Shown one piece after another: positions 57,471 through 64,000 of a stretch of 64,000 nucleotides of DNA. Origin of the DNA: an uncultured Verrucomicrobiae bacterium (GTDB lineage: Bacteria > Verrucomicrobiota > Verrucomicrobiia > Limisphaerales > UBA1100); NCBI GenBank assembly GCA_937775205.1, contig CALKBX010000016.1, positions 50,992 to 114,991 on the forward strand, written 5' to 3'. A program made the position numbers and the translations under genes. Below the pieces are notes generated by a model. The model was not told the origin of the DNA. It ran no database searches and was given only the letters and a program-made list of their open reading frames with translations. Positions within the stretch are counted from its first letter, which is position 1, and each line of letters opens with the position of its first letter.

Positions 57471-58919
57471 ATGGGCGCGGGGAGGGGGATTTTGAACCGA
57501 TTTCTAGTCAATTATCTGGCGCTGAGCGCAGTGATATTCGGAGGAGGAACTGCATGCGTTTCCCCTGCCCCCGATGCGCCGGAGGCTTGGGCGGGTTTGG
57601 CGTTACCTTCGGCTTTTGGTGAGGGCGGAAGTTCCACCAACATCCCGGCGGGGGCGGGCTGGCTTGCGGATTTTAACGACGCCACGCTGAACGCGCTGGT
57701 GCGGGAGGCGATGACGAATAACCCCGACCTTCGGGTGACTGCCGCGCGCCTACAAACAGCCCAAGCCAATCTGCGCATTGCTGGTGCTGATTTGCGGCCC
57801 TCCCTCACCGCCGAGGCAGTGGCTTCGCGCACCAAGCGCAGTTCTTCCAGCGGCTTTCGTATTTCCTCCAGCCGCTCGTACCGCTATTCGCCGCAACTGA
57901 ATCTCGCGTGGGAATGGGATGTATGGGGGCGACTTGCGGACACGCGGGCGGCGGCGCGGCTGGATGCCGGCGAGGCAGCGGCCAATTTACACGCCGCACG
58001 CCTGAGTCTCGCTGCCAACACGGCCAAAGGCTGGTTCAACCTTGCCGAAGCGGAACTGCAATCGCAATTAGCCGGTCAGTCATTGCAGAGTTATACCAAT
58101 AACCTCGCGGTGCTGGAGGAAGGCTTGCAGCGCGGGTTGACCAAAGCGCTGGATGTGCGGCTGATGCGCACCAACGTGCGCAATGCGGAGAACGCGGTTC
58201 ACCTTCGCCTTCGCCTTCGCGACGGGGCACGGCGTTCTCTGGAAATTTTACTGGGGCGATATCCGAAAGGCGAAGTAGCGTTAACAAGCGCGCTGCCCAC
58301 ACTGGCCGCGACCGTGCCGGCGGGATTACCCGCGCAGTTGCTGGAACGCCGCCCGGATGTATTAGCGGCGCAGAACAAGTATCTCGCCAGCCATCGGCGC
58401 GTGAATGCCGCGCGCAAGGATCGTCTGCCGCAAATCAAGTTGACCGCCAGCACAGGCACGTCGAGCGATGAATTGAAGGATGTGCTGGATATCAATAACA
58501 ATATCTGGAGCCTCGCGGCCAACCTCACGCGGCCAATTTTGGATGGTGGTAAAATTAAATCACAAATCGAACGCGCCGAAGCCCAGCGTGAAGAGGCTCG
58601 CTATCTGTATGTGCAAACGGCGCTACAGGCTTTTGCCGAGGTGGAAACAACGCTGGCTGCGGAGCAGTTTTTGGTGAGACAAGAAACCGCCCTGCGCGCC
58701 GCGGTGACCGAGGCTGGAGGAGCACAAGCACTCGCTCTAGAAGATTACCAGGCTGGGCTTGCGGATATTGTCACGGTACTGGAATCGCAACGGCGAATGT
58801 TTGATACCAAACGCTCTTTGCTGGAGTTACAAAATTTGCGTCTACAAAATCGCATCGACCTTTATCTCGCCCTCGGGGGTGAATTTACCCGACCTGAAAC
58901 TGAACCCAACAAGGAATGA
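57471..58919 (+). CDS. RND efflux outer-membrane factor lipoprotein (NodT/TolC family)
   Basis: Lipobox GGTAC, and two repeats of the OEP motif (..WEWDVWGRLADTRAAA.. / ..LDGGKIKSQIERAEAQ..). Confidence 0.85.
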   Translation: MGAGRGILNRFLVNYLALSAVIFGGGTACVSPAPDAPEAWAGLALPSAFGEGGSSTNIPAGAGWLADFNDATLNALVREAMTNNPDLRVTAARLQTAQANLRIAGADLRPSLTAEAVASRTKRSSSSGFRISSSRSYRYSPQLNLAWEWDVWGRLADTRAAARLDAGEAAANLHAARLSLAANTAKGWFNLAEAELQSQLAGQSLQSYTNNLAVLEEGLQRGLTKALDVRLMRTNVRNAENAVHLRLRLRDGARRSLEILLGRYPKGEVALTSALPTLAATVPAGLPAQLLERRPDVLAAQNKYLASHRRVNAARKDRLPQIKLTASTGTSSDELKDVLDINNNIWSLAANLTRPILDGGKIKSQIERAEAQREEARYLYVQTALQAFAEVETTLAAEQFLVRQETALRAAVTEAGGAQALALEDYQAGLADIVTVLESQRRMFDTKRSLLELQNLRLQNRIDLYLALGGEFTRPETEPNKE

Positions 58920-60427
58920 GCGAAGCCGAAAAATTATCCGAAACTGAATCCGAAGAAACCCCTCCACCACGGGACGGCATGGCGCGAACGCTCGTAGGTG
59001 CGCTGGTGGGGGGAGGCATTCTCGCTGGCAGTTTTTTAGCCGCGCAATTTTTTTGGACGCATCAGGAAGAAGCCGAACGCAAAAAGCCCAAGCGGCAGGT
59101 GACAGTGGTACAGGCCATTCGCCTGCAGCCGCAGAGTTTTGTCATCAAAGTTCCCAGTCAAGGCCGCGTACGTGCGCGTGCACAGAGCAGCATCATCCCG
59201 GAAATAAGCGGCCGAATTATTTCCATTGAGCAGGTGTTTCGCGAGGGTGGGTTTTTTCAGCCCGAACAAGTGCTGCTAACCCTGGATAAGACGAATCCTT
59301 CCAATGACATCGCTCGTGCCGAAGCCACGCTAGCGCAATTAGACGCAAAGCTGGCGTTGCAAAAACTTGAGCGCTCCGCGTATTCCAACGCCGTGGTCGT
59401 GGCGCAGGCCAATCTTGCACAGGCCGGTGCGGCACTGGAACTGGAGGAAGCCCGCCGCTCTGCGGCCATCGCCAATCTCAAGCGGCTGAACACGTTGGAC
59501 AAATCCAGCCCCCTCGCACGCAACGAGCCGCAAGTGGCAGAAGCCGCCGCAAAGGCCAAAGCCAAGGAAGCCGAATTGGCCAAGGCCAAGGAAGATCTCG
59601 CGTTGCGGCCGGACCAATTAGAAGCCGACCTCGAGGCACAGATTCGCGCGGCGGACGTCACGCTCGCGCAAGCAAATATCGACCTCGCCCGCACCGTGGT
59701 GCGGGCACCTAAATACCCGGGACGTATAATTGCGAAGAACGCGGACATTGGCCAGTATGTCACCTCCGGCACCGTGCTGGCTATGGCAATTGCCACGGAT
59801 TACGCGGAGGTACACCTGCCTGTTTCCAATGCCCGCCTGCAGCACATCCGTGTGCCCCTGCACCGCGCAAATACCAACGAGACGCAGGCCACGCAAATTG
59901 AAGTACCCATCGATCCGCCGGCGGTGGAAATCCGCATGCAAATCGGCCGTAATATGCATCGTTGGCAGGGCCACATTTCACGTGACAGCGGCCGGCACGA
60001 TGCCACCAGCCAACAACTTGCGTTGATCGCGCACATCGACAAGCCCTACGGCGATACACCTTACCTTCGAGCGGGACTCTTCGTACAAGCCACCATTACC
60101 GGCGATACTTTGGAAAATGTATTCGTGCTCCCACGCCACGCCGTGCGGCACGGGAACGAAGTAGCCCTAGCGATGCAAAAAGATGGCCAATCAACCCTTA
60201 AACGCCAGATCATTGAAATCTTATGGAGCAATGAAGCGGTGATGATCACCCGCTCACTGAAGTCGGGCGATGTAATCATTACCACGCCTATCGACTACGC
60301 TACCAATGGTCAATCCCTGCAAGTGCGTGTTGACGGTGAAGCCGCACCACCGCCCTTCAACGGAAAACCGAAGAGCAAAAAGGGGAAACAAGGCAAGAAC
60401 GGTAAAGGCAAAACAAAACGGCCATGA
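58916..60427 (+). CDS. RND efflux periplasmic adaptor (HlyD/MFP family)
   Basis: A TM anchor, a long coiled-coil hairpin, beta-barrel segments and a Lys-rich tail. ATGA overlaps on both sides. Confidence 0.8.
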   Translation: MSEAEKLSETESEETPPPRDGMARTLVGALVGGGILAGSFLAAQFFWTHQEEAERKKPKRQVTVVQAIRLQPQSFVIKVPSQGRVRARAQSSIIPEISGRIISIEQVFREGGFFQPEQVLLTLDKTNPSNDIARAEATLAQLDAKLALQKLERSAYSNAVVVAQANLAQAGAALELEEARRSAAIANLKRLNTLDKSSPLARNEPQVAEAAAKAKAKEAELAKAKEDLALRPDQLEADLEAQIRAADVTLAQANIDLARTVVRAPKYPGRIIAKNADIGQYVTSGTVLAMAIATDYAEVHLPVSNARLQHIRVPLHRANTNETQATQIEVPIDPPAVEIRMQIGRNMHRWQGHISRDSGRHDATSQQLALIAHIDKPYGDTPYLRAGLFVQATITGDTLENVFVLPRHAVRHGNEVALAMQKDGQSTLKRQIIEILWSNEAVMITRSLKSGDVIITTPIDYATNGQSLQVRVDGEAAPPPFNGKPKSKKGKQGKNGKGKTKRP

Positions 60428-63400
60428 ATGGTTTAATCGAATGGTTCGCCCGCAACCGGGTGGCCGCCAATTTGTTAATGGTGTTCATCATTTTGATGGG
60501 CGTCAACGGCATCGTGAATCGTTTGCCAGTGGAGGTGTTTCCCGATTTCGCGCCAGACGAGGTGGAAATTCGCGTGACCTATCGCGGTGCCACACCGGAG
60601 CAGATGGAGGAATCCATCATCATCCCGCTTGAGAATAGCATCGCCGACCTGCCCGGCATCGAGGAAATCCAAAGCTCCGCTAGCGAGGGCAGCGCACGCA
60701 TCGAGGTGGAGGTGGCGAGCGGGCACGATCCAAGAGAGTTGAGGGATGAAGTAAAGAGCCGCGTGGATGCGGTGAATAATCTGCCCGAGGGCATCGAACC
60801 GCCCGTAGTCAAGCTTGAGGAAAGCCTGCACGAGGTGGTGACGCTCATTATCCATGGCGACATGAGCGAGCACGACCTGCGCCAACTCGGCGAACGTGTG
60901 CGCGATGAAGTCGGCCGATTAGACGGTATTTCACGCGTGGTGATGCGCGGCCTTCGCAACTATGAAGTCAGTATCGAAATCCCCGAGCAAGTGCTGCGCG
61001 AACATCAGCTCACCTTGCAGACCGTGGCCGATGCGGTGCGCAATTCGGCGGTGGATATTCCCGGCGGCGCCATCCGCAGTCGCAACGGCGAGGTGTTGGT
61101 GCGCACTGAGGGCCGCGCGTTTGACAAGGCGGCGTTTGAAAAAATCATTGTGCATTCGCGCGAAGACGGCTCACATCTCACACTGGGTGAGCTCGCCAAC
61201 GTGACCGATGCGTTCGAGGAGGATCGAGTGTTAATGCGCTTCAACGGGAATCGCTGTGCGGTGGTACATGTGGCGCGCACAGGCGACCAAAATGCGCTGG
61301 AGATTGAGGGTATCGTGAAGGACTACCTCGCGCGCCTCACTCCGCAACTGCCAGAAGGGGTTTCCATCGATGTATGGAATAACCGCGCGGACATAATCAA
61401 AAAACGCATTGTCACTCTTAACGACTCGGCGTTCATGGGTATCGGATTCATTATCGTATTGCTCGGATTATTCCTGCGGCCCGCAGTAGCACTGTGGGTC
61501 TGTGTGGGTGTGCCTGTGGCCTTTATGGGAGCCTTTGCGCTGATGCCGTATCTCGGCGTAACTATCAATCTCTTCACGCTGTACGGATTCCTTCTTGTCC
61601 TGGGCATCTTAGTGGATGACGCCATTGTCACCGGCGATTGCATCCATGCCCACCAACAACGCGGTGGCAACGCATTAACCGGAGCCATCAAGGGCACGCA
61701 GGAAGTCGCCGTGCCGGTGATCTTCGGCGTACTCACCACCGCAATCGCCTTTGTGCCGCTGCTCATGGTGGAAGGGAGGCGCGGGCTTATCTTCGCGCAA
61801 ATTCCATTGGTAGTGATTCCCTGCCTAATATTTTCATTGGTGGAATCAAAATTGATTTTGCCAGCACACCTCAGCCGCCTCTCCACCGGCAAACCCAAGC
61901 GCAGCACACTCGGCCCGTTGGCCCGCATGCAACGAGGATGCGCCGATGGTCTTGAGTGGGTCATCGACCATATTTACCGCCCCATCCTCTCACACGCCTC
62001 TGTCTATCGATATATAACACTCTGTGTTTTTATAGGCGCTGCAACTATGATATGCTTCTATAGTTTTAGCGGACGATTGCAGATGGTTTTCTTTCCGCCC
62101 ATTGACGCAGAGATTGCCACCACGCGGCTCGTGATGCCGCAGGGTACCGCACATGAGGTCACTGCTGAAAAACTCAAGGTAATGATTGCCGAGGCCAATC
62201 AGTTAAAGGCGAAATACACCAGCGCATTTGACGATCCCGAAACCGGCCAAGTGACGCAGCGTAGCCTCATCGGCAACATCATTAGCACCATTGGCGGCCA
62301 GAATATAGCCGGCGTGCGCGGGCGCGCAGAGAGTGGCGTGGCTCATCTCGGCGAAGTGCAGATACAAATCATGGCGCCGGAAGATCGCATTCATTTTCAT
62401 AATGCCAGTTATTTGGAACTCAAAACACGTGATCTTGCCAGTGAATGGCGTAAAAACATCGGCCTCATCGAAGGTGCGCAGGAAGTGACCACGCGCGCGG
62501 TGATAGGTCGCACGCGTGACCCCGTTGCCATCAAGCTCGCCATGCCAGCGCTGGACACCTCGCTCAAAACCACTGCGGTACTTAGTGAAGTCTCCAGCCA
62601 AATCCAAGCCGAGCTGGAAACCTATACGGGCCTGTTCGACATCCACGACACCTTCGAGCGTACCAAGGAGGAAGTACGCCCCACCCTCCGTCCCGATGCC
62701 CTCCAGCGTGGACTCACGCGCGCGATGGTGGGTCGGCAGGTGCAAGGCGGTTTTTTTGGCCACGAAGCCCAACGCATCCAGCGCGGGCAAAATGAAGTGC
62801 GCGTTATGGTGCGGTATCCACTCGCCGAACGCGAAGCGTTTGCCAGTCTGGAAAACATGCATATCCTCACGACCGATGGTGCGTCGATGCCGCTCACTGC
62901 TGTGGCCGATTTGAAAATGGCCGAGAGCTTTCCCTCCATCCGCCGTACCGACCTGGCCCGCACCCTCTACGTGGTTGCCGATGCCGACAAGTATAACCCC
63001 GCGCTTGATCTTGAGAAAATCCGGGTAGACCTCGAGCCCAAGGTCGCAGCACTGGTGGAAGCACACCCTGGCATGAGTTATAGTTTTGATGGCGAAAGCC
63101 GCGAACGCGCTGAATCCTTTGCTGCACTACGCATCGGCGGCATCATTGTCCTGCTCGGCATTTATGCCATGCTCGCCATTCCTTTTAAGAGCTACTCACA
63201 ACCACTCATCGTGATGGCCATTATTCCCTTCAGCATCACGGGCGCGCTGCTGGGTCACATGATCATGGGAGCCACCTTCAGTATCATGAGTGCCTTTGGC
63301 CTGCTCGCCATGGCCGGAGTGGTGGTGAATGACAGCCTCGTGATGGTGCACTACATCAACCGAAAACGCGCTGAAGGCTTGCCGATACTCGAAGCGGTAC

Positions 63401-63669
63401 GCAATGCCGGCGGGGCACGCTTCCGGCCAATCTTGCTGACAAGCCTCACCACTTTCGGCGGCATCCTGCCCACCATGTTCGAGAAAAGCACCCAAGCTCA
63501 ATTCGTAGTGCCCATGGGCATCAGCCTCGCATGGGGCGTGCTCTTCGCCACCTTCATCACGCTCATCCTCGTGCCCATTTGTTACCTCATTTTGGAAGAC
63601 ATAAAGGGCGCGCTCAGTAATTATTGGGGTTGGCAAACCGGCCGCAAACCAGAGCCGAAAGCGGCATGA
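60424..63669 (+). CDS. RND efflux permease (AcrB/HAE family)
   Basis: 1081 aa with a 12-TM topology and two large periplasmic loops. N-terminus MNGLIEWFARNRVAANLLMVFIILMG. Confidence 0.9.
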   Translation: MNGLIEWFARNRVAANLLMVFIILMGVNGIVNRLPVEVFPDFAPDEVEIRVTYRGATPEQMEESIIIPLENSIADLPGIEEIQSSASEGSARIEVEVASGHDPRELRDEVKSRVDAVNNLPEGIEPPVVKLEESLHEVVTLIIHGDMSEHDLRQLGERVRDEVGRLDGISRVVMRGLRNYEVSIEIPEQVLREHQLTLQTVADAVRNSAVDIPGGAIRSRNGEVLVRTEGRAFDKAAFEKIIVHSREDGSHLTLGELANVTDAFEEDRVLMRFNGNRCAVVHVARTGDQNALEIEGIVKDYLARLTPQLPEGVSIDVWNNRADIIKKRIVTLNDSAFMGIGFIIVLLGLFLRPAVALWVCVGVPVAFMGAFALMPYLGVTINLFTLYGFLLVLGILVDDAIVTGDCIHAHQQRGGNALTGAIKGTQEVAVPVIFGVLTTAIAFVPLLMVEGRRGLIFAQIPLVVIPCLIFSLVESKLILPAHLSRLSTGKPKRSTLGPLARMQRGCADGLEWVIDHIYRPILSHASVYRYITLCVFIGAATMICFYSFSGRLQMVFFPPIDAEIATTRLVMPQGTAHEVTAEKLKVMIAEANQLKAKYTSAFDDPETGQVTQRSLIGNIISTIGGQNIAGVRGRAESGVAHLGEVQIQIMAPEDRIHFHNASYLELKTRDLASEWRKNIGLIEGAQEVTTRAVIGRTRDPVAIKLAMPALDTSLKTTAVLSEVSSQIQAELETYTGLFDIHDTFERTKEEVRPTLRPDALQRGLTRAMVGRQVQGGFFGHEAQRIQRGQNEVRVMVRYPLAEREAFASLENMHILTTDGASMPLTAVADLKMAESFPSIRRTDLARTLYVVADADKYNPALDLEKIRVDLEPKVAALVEAHPGMSYSFDGESRERAESFAALRIGGIIVLLGIYAMLAIPFKSYSQPLIVMAIIPFSITGALLGHMIMGATFSIMSAFGLLAMAGVVVNDSLVMVHYINRKRAEGLPILEAVRNAGGARFRPILLTSLTTFGGILPTMFEKSTQAQFVVPMGISLAWGVLFATFITLILVPICYLILEDIKGALSNYWGWQTGRKPEPKAA

Positions 63670-63706
63670 GGCTTGTCGCGCCTTTGTCCTCTATTAAACT
63701 GCATAA

Positions 63707-64000
63707 ATGATGTTGGGAGTTGTTGAATTACTGTTTGAATTCATTATTGAGATAGTTTTCGAAGGTGCCATCTGCGGATTCTTCGGGCTGCTCGGTGAAT
63801 TTATTTCCGCTATCTTTGAGAAAACGAGCGAAGCCATCGAGGGTGCCACCGAAGCAGCGGTCAAAGCCAAGTTCGGTTTTCTCATACTCTTAATCATGCT
63901 GATCATGGGCGCAGCCGCCGGGTATGTGATTTCATTGGCTTTCCCCGAACGCATTTTTCAAACGATTCCGGTAACGGGCATCAGCCTGCTGATCACCCCC
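63707..64000 (+). CDS. Small membrane protein, 3' end off-window
   Basis: Own translation: MMLGVVELLFEFIIEIVFEGAICGFFGLLGEF...FGFLILLIMLIMGAAAGYVISLAF.., which is hydrophobic and helix-like. The listed antisense 86-aa ORF looks less protein-like. Confidence 0.4.
   Translation, partial: MMLGVVELLFEFIIEIVFEGAICGFFGLLGEFISAIFEKTSEAIEGATEAAVKAKFGFLILLIMLIMGAAAGYVISLAFPERIFQTIPVTGISLLITP

Noticed and set aside
56642-57622. 326-aa plus-strand ORF spanning the tRNA region
   Set aside because: It runs through tRNA-Asp (antisense) and merely links the Sel1 and sulfatase fragments with non-protein-like sequence. It is not a real gene.

Overview
GC-rich (about 58-60%) chromosomal window whose gene content suggests the PVC superphylum (Verrucomicrobiota/Planctomycetota-like): sulfatase, DUF3500, TAT-signal Gfo/Idh/MocA, PQQ-like propeller, fused membrane/spermidine-synthase proteins, and MoxR-DUF58-BatA-vWA genes. 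Left to right: a truncated carB followed directly by a RelE/ParE toxin-antitoxin pair; an MFS transporter; a tightly packed minus-strand block (AsmA-like giant, M20 peptidase, two fused spermidine-synthase-like membrane proteins, DUF3445); a frameshifted GT2 gene; a T2SS/T4P-like operon (GspE, GspL/PilMN, GspM/PilO, secretin) broken by roughly 9-10 frameshifts; pyruvate carboxylase; a block of secreted or periplasmic enzymes that includes a thioredoxin-fold gene with an in-frame TGA at the CxxC position (selenoprotein candidate); a repeat-rich EF-hand protein; and a 2320-aa membrane-anchored protein in which one metalloprotease domain appears nested inside another and whose N-terminus resembles an integrase arm-binding domain. 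Then comes a 12.5 kb translationally coupled operon (coiled-coil membrane protein, MoxR, ABC transporter, DUF58, BatA, vWA), a lower-GC patch with tRNA-Asp surrounded by gene fragments, and an RND efflux operon. No CRISPR array, rRNA or intact transposase/integrase was seen. Several genes outside the T2SS block also carry single frameshifts, so sequence quality has to be checked against real gene decay. All function calls rest on motifs I recognised by eye, not on database searches.
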